The notes under the pieces are model-generated. The model did not search any database, was not told the DNA's origin, and saw nothing but the letters and a program-made list of their open reading frames with translations. The translations under genes were made by a program, and so were the position numbers. Shown here piece after piece: positions 19,538 through 28,224 of a DNA stretch of 64,000 nucleotides. This DNA comes from Chloroflexota bacterium (GTDB lineage Bacteria > Chloroflexota > Dehalococcoidia > SM23-28-2 > HRBIN24), in contig JAUQPQ010000001.1 in the NCBI GenBank assembly GCA_030550295.1, forward strand, positions 2,162 to 66,161, read 5' to 3'. The first letter of the stretch is position 1. The number at the start of each line of letters is the position of its first letter.

Positions 19538-20131
19538 GTGGCAAAGGCCCAGGGAGGCCAGGTGGTGCTGGCCCCCGCCTTCTTCGCCCACCTTCTCCCC
19601 CAGATGGGGATAGAAGAGCTGCTGGTCACCCTATATTTCCTCCATCTCTCCCAAGGGGAAGGGGAGATGAAGGAGGAGGAGCTAGTAGGCAACCCTCTAC
19701 TTCTGCGGGCCCTGGCCCGCCATTCTTCCAGGCCGGCGCAGGCGGCTTTGGCAGGCCTAGCGCAAGCCCTTCGCCGAGGCACCCTGAAGCGCAAGGAGGG
19801 GGAGAAGGGGGTCATCGTTTCGGGAGCTCCCTTGGCCCCCATCTCTAACATCTACCGCCTCTATGAAGAGAACGTTGGCCCCCTCAGCCCATTGGTGGCC
19901 GAGGAGCTGCGGCTGGCCGAGGCCCGCTATCCTTGGCCCTGGATCGCCGCTGCCTTCCGGGAGGCGGTAGAACATAACAAAAGGAGTTGGAGCTACATCA
20001 AGGCCATCCTCAGGCGATGGGAGGAGGAAGGGATAGATGAAGCGCCTAGACGAAGTTCTGGGCTCGATGAAGTCCGTTGGCTGGAGGAGCGATATCGTCG
20101 GGGGAAAGGGGGAGCTGCAAGGCCATCCTGA
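19538..20131 (+). CDS. DnaD-domain (DnaD/DnaB_2) replication initiation protein; start uncertain
   Basis: The C-terminal region (NIYRLYEENVGPLSPLVAEELRLAEARYPWPWIAAAFREAVEHNKRSWSYIKAILRRWEEEG) matches the DnaD/DnaB-2 domain. The in-frame GTG at 19538 after the dnaB stop was chosen. The alternative start ATG 19604 is possible. Confidence 0.6.
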   Translation: MAKAQGGQVVLAPAFFAHLLPQMGIEELLVTLYFLHLSQGEGEMKEEELVGNPLLLRALARHSSRPAQAALAGLAQALRRGTLKRKEGEKGVIVSGAPLAPISNIYRLYEENVGPLSPLVAEELRLAEARYPWPWIAAAFREAVEHNKRSWSYIKAILRRWEEEGIDEAPRRSSGLDEVRWLEERYRRGKGGAARPS

Positions 20132-21395
20132 GGTTGGGGAGGAAGCTGTCTGCCCTCACTGTGGCGGGGCAGGGCTAGTGCGCAAGGCTGTCCCTCTGGG
20201 CCATCCCGATTTCGGCAAGGCCTTCCCCTGCCGCTGCACCCTTGAGGAAGACGAGGAGGCCAGGCGCCAGCGCCTTCAGCGCTTCTCCAACCTACGCCAT
20301 TACTTGGGGGTCACCTTTCAACAGCTAGAGGCCCAAGAAAGGGGCTCCGCCTATGCCCGGGCGTTAGAAGAGGCCCGTAGCTTCGCTGAAGGCCCCGAAG
20401 GGTTCCTGGTGATAACTGGCCCCAGTGGCAGCGGGAAGACCTCTTTGGCTGCTGCTGTAGCCAATCTGTGTATCGAGCGGGGGATCCTTGCCCTGTTCAT
20501 AGGGGTGGCTGACCTTCTAGACCACCTGCGTGCCGCCTACCGTCCCGAGGCGGAGACGGGGTACGACCAGCTCTTAGAGCAGTTGCGCTCTGTACCCTTG
20601 CTGGTCTTAGACGACTTGGGGGGCCAGCAGAGCACTCCCTGGGCAGAAGAGAAGCTGTTCCAGCTCATCGACCATAGGTATTCTGCCCGTCTGGCCACCG
20701 TAGTCACCCTCGCTGTCCCCTTGTCCCGTTTAGATCCGCGCCTCCGCACCAGACTGGAGTCGCCTTACAGGTCGCGCATCGTCACTTTGGGGGACGGTTT
20801 ACCAGAAGGCCTCAAGCAGATAGACCTCTTATCTGCCCCTCTTCTTCGGGGCCTCACCTTCAGCCGCTTCGATCCGTCGGTAGTCACCCGTGACGGGGAG
20901 GAGCAGCGTATCCTTAAGCGGACGGTGGGCCAGGCCCGGGCCTATGCTCGTGACCCCAAGGGGTTTTTGGTATTGGTGGGAAGGCCTGGCACCGGCAAGA
21001 CCCGGTTGGCGGCGGCCATAGGCCATTATTGGCGCCAAGAGGGGAAAGCTGTCCTCTTTTTGGTAGTGCCTGACCTCTTGGACTATCTGCGCTCTACCTT
21101 TGATCCCCGTCATCACTGGCCCTACGACGACACCTTTGAGGCGGTAAGGGCGATCCCTTACCTCATCTTGGACGACTTGGGCCAACATTCTAGCACCCCC
21201 TGGGCCCAGGAGAAGCTTTTCCAGCTCATTAACTACCGCTACAACTACCTGTTGCCTACCGTCTTCACCACCAACCTCGTCGCTGCTGCCCTAGACCCTA
21301 AGGTGCGGGTGCGTCTGGCCGATCCCCAAGTGAGCACCGTCTTGCCTATGGGCTACTTCGACTTCTGGGAGAGGGGCTACCAGGCCAAAGGCTAG
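20037..21395 (+). CDS. DnaC/DnaI-like helicase loader with N-terminal zinc-binding domain and tandemly duplicated AAA+ ATPase module
   Basis: The N-terminus carries CPHCGG...FPCRC, the DnaI-like zinc site. Two homologous modules follow. The first has GFLVITGPSGSGKTSLAAAVAN...LLVLDDLGGQQSTPWAEEKLFQLIDHRY. The second has GFLVLVGRPGTGKTRLAAAIGH...YLILDDLGQHSSTPWAQEKLFQLINYRY. Confidence 0.7.
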   Translation: MKRLDEVLGSMKSVGWRSDIVGGKGELQGHPEVGEEAVCPHCGGAGLVRKAVPLGHPDFGKAFPCRCTLEEDEEARRQRLQRFSNLRHYLGVTFQQLEAQERGSAYARALEEARSFAEGPEGFLVITGPSGSGKTSLAAAVANLCIERGILALFIGVADLLDHLRAAYRPEAETGYDQLLEQLRSVPLLVLDDLGGQQSTPWAEEKLFQLIDHRYSARLATVVTLAVPLSRLDPRLRTRLESPYRSRIVTLGDGLPEGLKQIDLLSAPLLRGLTFSRFDPSVVTRDGEEQRILKRTVGQARAYARDPKGFLVLVGRPGTGKTRLAAAIGHYWRQEGKAVLFLVVPDLLDYLRSTFDPRHHWPYDDTFEAVRAIPYLILDDLGQHSSTPWAQEKLFQLINYRYNYLLPTVFTTNLVAAALDPKVRVRLADPQVSTVLPMGYFDFWERGYQAKG

Positions 21396-21946
21396 GTGGA
21401 AGTGGGGGGATGGGCTCCCAGTTCTTTCTGTTTGGCCAAATATGTCCTGAGGGCCTCTCTAACCGTATCGTAGGCTAGGGCGTCCCAGGGTATCTCTTGG
21501 GGGCTGAAGAAGCGCGCTTCCAACACCTCAGGGCCTATGTGGAGCTCCCCATCTTGCGTCTCCCCCCAGAAGACTATGGAGACGATCCCCGGCCCTGTGG
21601 GGGCAGGCCGCGAGAGGATGGTAAGGAGCCCAGCCAACCGCACGTTAAGGCCTGTCTCTTCGTGGGTTTCCCTTAAGGCGCAGCCCTCCACCGACTCATC
21701 GATTTCCATATACCCTCCTGGCAACGTCCAGTAACCTCGGCGCGGCTCGATGGCTCGGCGCAGGAGGAGGACACGGCCCTCCCTTACCGCCACCACGCTG
21801 ACGACCACCTTGGGGTTTAGGTAGAAGATGTGCCCCTGGGCGCAGACTAGCCTCTCCCTTCCCTCCTCTGGGATGTAACGTTCCTCCAGAGGGAGGCCGC
21901 AATGTGGGCAGAAGTTGGGCTTTGGGGGCGGAAAACAATACGACAC
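21392..21946 (-). CDS. NUDIX hydrolase with N-terminal zinc ribbon (NudC-like)
   Basis: The N-terminal ribbon reads CPHCG...CAQGH. The NUDIX box is GGYMEIDESVEGCALRETHEETGL. Confidence 0.8.
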   Translation of the reverse strand: MSYCFPPPKPNFCPHCGLPLEERYIPEEGRERLVCAQGHIFYLNPKVVVSVVAVREGRVLLLRRAIEPRRGYWTLPGGYMEIDESVEGCALRETHEETGLNVRLAGLLTILSRPAPTGPGIVSIVFWGETQDGELHIGPEVLEARFFSPQEIPWDALAYDTVREALRTYLAKQKELGAHPPTST

Positions 21947-21952
21947 CCTACC

Positions 21953-22378
21953 TTACCCGGTCAGAGGAAGTGTGCCCTCTATCCACTCCTCCCCCCCTTC
22001 GAACACCTCCTTCTTCCAGATGGGTAGCCGCTCCTTAAGGCAGTCCACTAGCCATTCTCCAGCCCGGAAGGCCTCCTTCCGGTGAGGTGATGAGACCGCT
22101 ACTACTAAGGAGATATCGCCCACCTGGAGGGTACCTATGCGATGCAGAATGGCTACATCTTTAAGGCCAAAGCGCTCTTGTGCCTCTTGGGCAAGCTCCT
22201 CCATCACCTTCTGGGCCATTTCGCTGTACGCCTCGTAGTGGAGCTGAATGACCCGGCGGCCCAAGTTGTGGCCTCGCACCACCCCAAGAAAGACGACCAC
22301 TGCCCCAGTGCTGGGGTGGCTTACGGCCTTTATAGACTCCTCAACGTTTAGGGGCTGGGGTGTTACGCGGAAGAGCAT
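21953..22378 (-). CDS. moaE: molybdopterin synthase catalytic subunit MoaE
   Basis: The 141-aa protein has the MoaE fold motifs (GAVVVFLGVVRG, LVVAVSSPHRKEAF) and sits adjacent to moaD. Confidence 0.8.
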   Translation of the reverse strand: MLFRVTPQPLNVEESIKAVSHPSTGAVVVFLGVVRGHNLGRRVIQLHYEAYSEMAQKVMEELAQEAQERFGLKDVAILHRIGTLQVGDISLVVAVSSPHRKEAFRAGEWLVDCLKERLPIWKKEVFEGGEEWIEGTLPLTG

Positions 22379-22380
22379 CG

Positions 22381-22629
22381 CTAACCTCCCCCCGCCACAG
22401 GCGGGATGATGGCCACCTCATCACCCTCCCCTACGGGATGCTGAGGGCCTACATATCGGGCGTTGACGGCGAATGCGACAGGGATTTCACAGGAGGCGAG
22501 GGCGGGAAACATCTCCTGCACCCGCCGGTACACCTCTTGGGCAGGTAGCCCTTCCCCTACCTCTACCTCCACCTGGGCGGTACCGGCCAGCTCTCGCAGA
22601 CGGGCGAAAAGGAGGACCCTCGCCTTCAT
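22381..22629 (-). CDS. moaD: molybdopterin synthase sulfur carrier MoaD
   Basis: The 82-aa protein has the ubiquitin-like fold and ends in the Gly-Gly (..VAGGG). It lies immediately upstream of moaE. Confidence 0.75.
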   Translation of the reverse strand: MKARVLLFARLRELAGTAQVEVEVGEGLPAQEVYRRVQEMFPALASCEIPVAFAVNARYVGPQHPVGEGDEVAIIPPVAGGG

Positions 22630-22689
22630 CGGCTTCCAGTGTAAGGGCCAAGGGTAGAGGCATCAAGGCGGTCCCCTTCTGGCGTTGAT

Positions 22690-23406
22690 ATGGTAGGGGC
22701 GGGAAGTTATCATGGCCCTGTGGCCTTAAGAGATCTTTTACCCTCCCTTTTGGAGATCCTCTTCCCATCGTCGTGTCTAGGATGTGGGCAGGATGGTAAG
22801 GCACTATGCTCACGCTGTATCGATGGGATGGCTCGGGCTGTGCCTCCTCGCTGCCCCCTTTGTTGGCAGGAGTGGAGGGGAGGGGGGCTTTGTTCCCGCT
22901 GTGCCAGCTCGGCTCCTGCTTATAAGGGGGTGCGGAGCCTCCTCCGCTACGAGGGGACGGTGAAAGAGGCGATCCATGCCTTCAAGTTCGGTGGTGTCTC
23001 GGTGTTGGCCTCGTGCTTTGCTGTGCCGCTGGCCCACCTTTTAGTGGCATGGGCTCCGCCGGTGGAAGCCTTGGTGCCTGTACCTTCTCCTTGGGTGAGG
23101 GAAAGGACACGGGGCTACAACCCGGCCCATCTTTTGGCCCGTGAGGTGGGCCGGATAGTAGGGTTGCCCGTCCTGCCGGGTCTGCTGCGGCGGCGGTGGA
23201 CGCCTCCCCAGGCTACTTTGCCTCGGGAGAGACGCTATCAGCAGATGGCTGGTGCTGTGGCACCCCGAAGGCCCGTTAACTACTCTTCCCTCCTCTTAAT
23301 AGACGACGTGGTAACTACAGGTGCTACCCTGAATGCCTGTGCCCATGCCCTCCTAGAGGCTGGGGCCAAGGAGGTCTGGGCGTTGACGCTGGCCCGGGAA
23401 GGGTAG
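22690..23406 (+). CDS. comF: ComF family phosphoribosyltransferase-domain protein
   Basis: The N-terminal CxxC zinc finger reads SCLGCG...CSRC...CPLC. The C-terminal PRTase motif is LLLIDDVVTTGATL. Confidence 0.75.
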   Translation: MVGAGSYHGPVALRDLLPSLLEILFPSSCLGCGQDGKALCSRCIDGMARAVPPRCPLCWQEWRGGGLCSRCASSAPAYKGVRSLLRYEGTVKEAIHAFKFGGVSVLASCFAVPLAHLLVAWAPPVEALVPVPSPWVRERTRGYNPAHLLAREVGRIVGLPVLPGLLRRRWTPPQATLPRERRYQQMAGAVAPRRPVNYSSLLLIDDVVTTGATLNACAHALLEAGAKEVWALTLAREG

Positions 23407-23408
23407 CT

Positions 23409-24509
23409 ATGGCCAAACCCCTAATATTTACCTTCTTAGGCCCATGGCCTTCTATCTGGGAGGAGCAGGTTGTGGAGGGGGCCAGAAGGGCAGCTACCCT
23501 AGATTCTCTAGAACGGGCCCTGGCCACAGGCGCTTATGAGAGGGCAGTGATAATCACTCCTGACCCAGAGCCCCTCGAGGCCGTTCCTTCAGGTGTGCAT
23601 GTGGAGGTGGCCAAGGGGCCTTTCCACTTCGGCCTGCGTCTGCAGGAGGCGGTGGAAAGGTGGCGTCCTGAAGCCCTGGTGTATGTGGGTGGGGGCGCAC
23701 TACCCCTCCTTTCGGCCGATGAATGGGCAGCTGTGGCCTTGGCCCTGGCCGATGGTAGGGCAGTCACCAATAACCTTTACTCCTCAGACCTAATAGGGGT
23801 CTGCCCTGCGCGTTCCCTCTTATCCGTAGAGCCCCCCAAACGGGACAACGCCCTGGCCCGCTCCTTGGCCCAGGCCGGGCTCTCCGTGTGGGAGATGCCC
23901 CGTACCCTCTCTACCGTCTTCGACCTAGATACCCCAGCCGATGTGGCGGTGCTAAAGGTTACCGGCTATGCCTCTGGCTATCGCCTCTCGCGGTGGGCCT
24001 CTAGGGTGCCTTTAGATACTAGAAGGTACCATGACCTGCTAAAGGTGCTGGTAGACAGCGAAGCGCAGCTCTTCGTAGCTGGCAGGGTGGGTAGCCACAT
24101 CTGGCGGTTTTTGGAGGTCAACACCGCCTGTAGGGTGCGCCTTTTGGCCGAGGAGAGGGGGCTAGAAGCCTTAGGTTTGCAGCAGCCTCGTTCCCTTTTG
24201 GGCTTCTTATGGGAGGCCTTGGGGGAAGAGACACTGGCGGCCCTTCTGCATCAACTGGGTGATGCTGCCGTCATCGACACCCGGGTCCTCATGGCCCATC
24301 TAGGGGTAAAGGCGTCCCGGCGAGATCGCTTCCTTTCGGACATGGGCCGGTTCTGGGCCATAGAAGATGGCCGCCTTCGGCGCCTCACCTCGGCCCTTGT
24401 AAGGGCAGAGGTGCCGGTGCTTCTTGGGGGCCACTCTTTGGTAACGGGAGGGCTAATGGCCCTAGTCCAGTTCGCCTGGCAGCAGCAAGATAAGGGGCAG
24501 CTTCGTTGA
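23409..24509 (+). CDS. hypothetical protein (366 aa, no motif I can assign)
   Basis: A long ORF with a strong coding signal. It is tightly spaced after comF, 3 nt away. Confidence 0.5.
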   Translation: MAKPLIFTFLGPWPSIWEEQVVEGARRAATLDSLERALATGAYERAVIITPDPEPLEAVPSGVHVEVAKGPFHFGLRLQEAVERWRPEALVYVGGGALPLLSADEWAAVALALADGRAVTNNLYSSDLIGVCPARSLLSVEPPKRDNALARSLAQAGLSVWEMPRTLSTVFDLDTPADVAVLKVTGYASGYRLSRWASRVPLDTRRYHDLLKVLVDSEAQLFVAGRVGSHIWRFLEVNTACRVRLLAEERGLEALGLQQPRSLLGFLWEALGEETLAALLHQLGDAAVIDTRVLMAHLGVKASRRDRFLSDMGRFWAIEDGRLRRLTSALVRAEVPVLLGGHSLVTGGLMALVQFAWQQQDKGQLR

Positions 24510-24560
24510 CCCCCTGGGGGGAGGCCCCTTAAACTGGGGCATGAGCCCGGGAGGAGAGTT

Positions 24561-25814
24561 ATGGGAGTCTTGGAGCACATAGACCCGGAGGTGGCGGCCA
24601 TAATCGCCCGCGAGGAAGGGAGGCAAAGGTGGGGCCTAGGTATGATGGCCTCTGAGAACCACGTATCGGCGGCGGTGCTGGAGGCCTTGGGCTCAGTCCT
24701 CACCAACAAATATGCAGAGGGCTACCCAGGCGCTCGCTACTACGGTGGATGCCGCCATATGGACGAAGTGGAGTCCTTGGCTATCAGGCGGGCGAAGGAG
24801 CTTTTTGGGGCAGAGCATGCCAACGTCCAGCCCCACTCTGGTGCCGATGCCAATATGGCTGCCTACTTCGCCCTTATGGAGCCAGGGGACGTGGCCCTTG
24901 GTATGCGCCTAGACCAGGGGGGCCACCTTACCCATGGCCATAGGGTTAGCGTCACCTCTAAGGTTTGGCGCTTCTTCCACTATGGCGTGGAGCGGGAGAC
25001 GGAGCGCATCGATTATGACCAGATGCGCCAATTAGCGAAAGAGCATAGGCCCAAGGTTATCGTTGTTGGGGCGTCATCATATCCTCGTATCATCGATTTC
25101 GCTAAGGCGCGGGAGATAGCCGATGAGGTAGGCGCCTATCTCATGGTGGACATGGCGCATATCGCAGGCCTGGTGGCTGCTGGTCTCCATCCATCGCCTG
25201 TTCCCTATGCCCATGTGGTCACATCTACCACCCACAAGACGCTGCGTGGGCCTCGTTCGGCCTTCATCCTTTGTAGGCAGGAGCTGGCTGAGAAGATAGA
25301 TAGGGCGGTCTTTCCGGGTCTTCAAGGCGGACCCCATATGCATGTGGTGGCTGCCAAAGCAGTCTGCTTCTGGGAGGCGATGCAGCCCTCCTTCCGGCGC
25401 TATCAGGAGCGGGTGGTGGAAAATGCCCGGACCCTGGCCGAGGAGCTGGCTAGGGAGGGCCTGCGCCTGGTGACGGGCGGGACCGATAATCACATGGTAC
25501 TGGTGGACCTGACGCCCAAGGGGATAACGGGTAAGGAGGCGGAAAAGGCGCTAGATGAAGTAGGCATCTACTGCAATAAGAATGCCATCCCCTACGATCC
25601 TCGCCCTCCTGCCGTCACCAGCGGTATCCGTTTGGGGACACCTGGCCTCACTAGTCGCGGTATGGGCCCAGACGAAATGCGACAGATCGCCCACCTCATC
25701 GTGCAGGTGTTGGAGCACATGGGCGATGAGGAGGTGATGGACGAAGTAAGGCAACAGGTGCGGGAGCTGGCGGGTGCCTTCCCCCTGCCTGGCGTGAGCG
25801 ATAGGGCCTCTTGA
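24561..25814 (+). CDS. glyA: serine hydroxymethyltransferase
   Basis: SHMT motifs are present: [25 protein letters not shown], and the PLP site [15 protein letters not shown]. Confidence 0.9.
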   Translation: MGVLEHIDPEVAAIIAREEGRQRWGLGMMASENHVSAAVLEALGSVLTNKYAEGYPGARYYGGCRHMDEVESLAIRRAKELFGAEHANVQPHSGADANMAAYFALMEPGDVALGMRLDQGGHLTHGHRVSVTSKVWRFFHYGVERETERIDYDQMRQLAKEHRPKVIVVGASSYPRIIDFAKAREIADEVGAYLMVDMAHIAGLVAAGLHPSPVPYAHVVTSTTHKTLRGPRSAFILCRQELAEKIDRAVFPGLQGGPHMHVVAAKAVCFWEAMQPSFRRYQERVVENARTLAEELAREGLRLVTGGTDNHMVLVDLTPKGITGKEAEKALDEVGIYCNKNAIPYDPRPPAVTSGIRLGTPGLTSRGMGPDEMRQIAHLIVQVLEHMGDEEVMDEVRQQVRELAGAFPLPGVSDRAS

Positions 25815-25857
25815 CGGCCTAGATATGGGTGCTAGAATTCAAGGTGGCAGAAGAGGT

Positions 25858-25932
25858 GGGCGGTTAGCTCAGTGGGAGAGCGCTTGCTTCACACGCAAGA
25901 GGTCGCAGGTTCGAGTCCTGCACCGCCCACCA
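25858..25932 (+). tRNA. tRNA-Val (anticodon CAC)
   Basis: A manual cloverleaf was built. The acceptor stem is GGGCGGT/ACCGCCC, the D-arm GCTC..GAGC, the anticodon loop TTCACAC, the T-loop GGTTCGAGTCC, and the 3' CCA is encoded. Confidence 0.8.
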
Positions 25933-25944
25933 CAGGTTAAAAAG

Positions 25945-26032
25945 GCCCAGGTGGCGGAACTGGCAGACGCGCTGCGTTCAGGGCGCAGTGCCCCCTGCGG
26001 GCGTGCGGGTTCGAATCCCGCCCTGGGCACCA
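25945..26032 (+). tRNA. tRNA-Leu (anticodon CAG), long variable arm
   Basis: The acceptor stem is GCCCAGG/CCTGGGC and the anticodon loop is UUCAGGG. A 16-nt variable arm and the T-loop GGTTCGAATCC are present, and CCA is encoded. Confidence 0.8.
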
Positions 26033-26102
26033 TAGGTAGATAAGAAGGTTGGAGGCGCAGCTCTCTGCCGGTTTCCTTAACTTATAGGGGCCGGCCCCAG
26101 GC

Positions 26103-26180
26103 GCGCTCGTAGCTCAGCCCGGACAGAGCGCAGCCCTGCGGAGGCTGAGGTCGTGGGTTCGAATCCCACCGAGCGCGCCA
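26103..26180 (+). tRNA. tRNA-Arg (anticodon reads GCG)
   Basis: The acceptor stem is GCGCTCG/CGAGCGC, the anticodon stem CAGCC/GGCTG, the loop CTGCGGA, and the T-loop GGTTCGAATCC. CCA is encoded. The anticodon is unusual compared with the typical ACG. Confidence 0.65.
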
Positions 26181-26182
26181 TC

Positions 26183-26575
26183 TTATTTCGCCTCTATTAC
26201 TATCAAGTCCCCTTCTTGGGTCTTCGTCTCGGCCAGGGTGCCAGCAGGCAGCTCCAAAGCCCTTTTGGCCCTTCTGCCTCCTAGAGCGATGCGGAACGGT
26301 GGGAGGTAGGAGTGGGCCCTTACAACCTGTCCATGTTCGTCTAGGAAGGCTACGTCTATGGGAAAGGCCATAAAGAAGGTATGAATGGCGGACGCTGGGG
26401 ATATTAGAAGGCCCTCACCTTTCCCTAGCGCTTTCTTCCCAAGTAGGCCCCTTAACCGTCGCCAAAAGGTGTCTGCCAGCTGCACTCTATCAGCTATAAA
26501 TGTTCCTTTGTGTAGGTTGCGGACTTTAAGGAGCACCTTGCCGACCTTGCCGCCGATGAAAGATCGGTATACCAT
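26183..26575 (-). CDS. DUF192 (COG1430) domain protein
   Basis: The protein reads RLRGLLGKKAL..GEGLLISPASAIHTFFMAFPIDVAFLD, as in DUF192. The start was chosen at the internal ATG (MVYRSF). Confidence 0.6.
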   Translation of the reverse strand: MVYRSFIGGKVGKVLLKVRNLHKGTFIADRVQLADTFWRRLRGLLGKKALGKGEGLLISPASAIHTFFMAFPIDVAFLDEHGQVVRAHSYLPPFRIALGGRRAKRALELPAGTLAETKTQEGDLIVIEAK

Positions 26576-26635
26576 TATAGCTGGCCGGCACCGTTGGTGG
26601 GTGAGCACTTATAGGTGTGTGATAGAGGGTGAGTA

Positions 26636-26878
26636 GTGGTGCCGGCCCTAGTAGGGTTTGCTTTTGGCATCATATCTTCTTTGGGAGGAGGGGTCCTTCT
26701 AGCTCTGGGGCTAGGGGCCCATTTGGTGCCTGGTCTGGCATCCCCTGTGGGTGGAGGAGTCTTAGCGTTCTTAGGGCTCACCCTCATCGTTTTGAGTGCC
26801 TTATGGGCCTGGACAGTGAGGGTTTTAGAACGGGATCTGCCCTTACTTTGGACCTTCTCCAGAAGGAGGTCTGCGTAA
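26636..26878 (+). CDS. small hydrophobic protein (putative membrane protein)
   Basis: The 80-aa protein is Gly/Leu-rich with two predicted TM segments. The coding call is weak. Confidence 0.3.
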   Translation: MVPALVGFAFGIISSLGGGVLLALGLGAHLVPGLASPVGGGVLAFLGLTLIVLSALWAWTVRVLERDLPLLWTFSRRRSA

Positions 26879-27018
26879 GGGCCACAAGGCATGTAGGCCC
26901 TTTCTCGGCAGAGGGAGTTACCATCCCTTGACGGTATTTCGGGCTCCACTTAGGCTGAACGAGGGGATATAATAACGTACCTTGTAGCGCTACTACAGGG
27001 TTGCGGAAGGAGTAGCAG

Positions 27019-27783
27019 ATGGGCTTTGAGAACCAAGTGGCTGTGGTGACAGGGGCATCGCGCGGGATCGGTAAGGCGACGGCGCTGGCCCTGGCACGCG
27101 AGGGAGCCACAGTAGTGGTCACTGCCCGTTCTACCGAGGGAGGTGCCTCTAAGCTCCCTGGAACCATAGATGAAACGGCTAGGCTCATCGGCGAGGCAGG
27201 GGGCAGGGCCATAGCTGTGCCCTGCAACGTGGCCGATGAAGACGATGTGGCGAACCTGGCCCAGCGCGTCCTCTCGGAATTTGGGAGGGTGGACATCCTC
27301 ATCAACAACGCAGGCGTGAGCTATCCCGCCTCTTTCCTGGATACCCCTATTAGGCGTTGGGACCTTGTCATCAACGTGAACCTACGAGGTTCCGTCCTGT
27401 GCACTAAAGCCTTCCTCCCCCACATGGTGGAACGTGGTACAGGCAAGATCATCAACGTCTCGTCAGGGGCGGTGGCGGTAGATGCTGCTGTGACCAGGGG
27501 CCTTCTCTCCTACTCGGTAGCAAAGGCGGCTATCGAGCAGTTCACCCGCGGCTTGGCTCTGGAGGTGAAGGACAAGGGGGTGGCTGTCAACTGCCTGCGC
27601 ATAGAGATAAATGTGGTTACTGAGGGCTGGACTTTCCTCAACCCTGACCTGGACTATTCGGACTGGGAGAGGCCAGAAAAGGTGGCCGATGCTCTCGTGT
27701 GGCTAGCCTCCCAGCCCACCTCATACACGGGGCACGTCCTCACCGTAGCAGACATAATGGACAGGCTGGGCGAGCAACGGTAA
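27019..27783 (+). CDS. SDR family oxidoreductase
   Basis: SDR motifs are present: TGASRGIGKA, NNAG, and the catalytic YSVAKAA. Confidence 0.85.
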   Translation: MGFENQVAVVTGASRGIGKATALALAREGATVVVTARSTEGGASKLPGTIDETARLIGEAGGRAIAVPCNVADEDDVANLAQRVLSEFGRVDILINNAGVSYPASFLDTPIRRWDLVINVNLRGSVLCTKAFLPHMVERGTGKIINVSSGAVAVDAAVTRGLLSYSVAKAAIEQFTRGLALEVKDKGVAVNCLRIEINVVTEGWTFLNPDLDYSDWERPEKVADALVWLASQPTSYTGHVLTVADIMDRLGEQR

Positions 27784-27785
27784 CC

Positions 27786-28223
27786 ATGGGCGTAGTAGAA
27801 GAGCTGGAGGAAACCATCGCTGCGCGTGGGTTCAGGATCACCCCCTCCCGGCGGGCCATCCTGGCGGTTATAGTTTCCCAGGGAAGGCAGTTCGCGGTGG
27901 AGGAAGTGGTGAAGCAGTTGCCAGGCGTAGGCAGGGCGACCGTCTTCCGCACGGTGCGGCTACTTTCCAAACTAGGCCTTTTATGCCGCGTTATGCAGGA
28001 GGACGGCCACCTACGCTATCGCCTCGCTGACATTCGCAGGCACCACCATCATTTGGTGTGCGTAAGATGCGGTAGGGTCCAGGACCTGGATCACTGCTTC
28101 CTTACCACCATGACCAAAGAGATCGCTCGAGTCACGGGATACCAAGTAGAAAGGGATGTGCTGGAGATGTACGGCCGCTGTCGCGACTGTGGCGAGGCCG
28201 TACGGCCAGAAGGAGGGAGATAG
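27786..28223 (+). CDS. zur: Fur-family metalloregulator, likely Zur
   Basis: The HTH and metal sites read HHHHLVCVRCGRV...CRDCG. It lies immediately upstream of and overlaps znuA. Confidence 0.75.
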   Translation: MGVVEELEETIAARGFRITPSRRAILAVIVSQGRQFAVEEVVKQLPGVGRATVFRTVRLLSKLGLLCRVMQEDGHLRYRLADIRRHHHHLVCVRCGRVQDLDHCFLTTMTKEIARVTGYQVERDVLEMYGRCRDCGEAVRPEGGR

Positions 28224-28224
28224 G

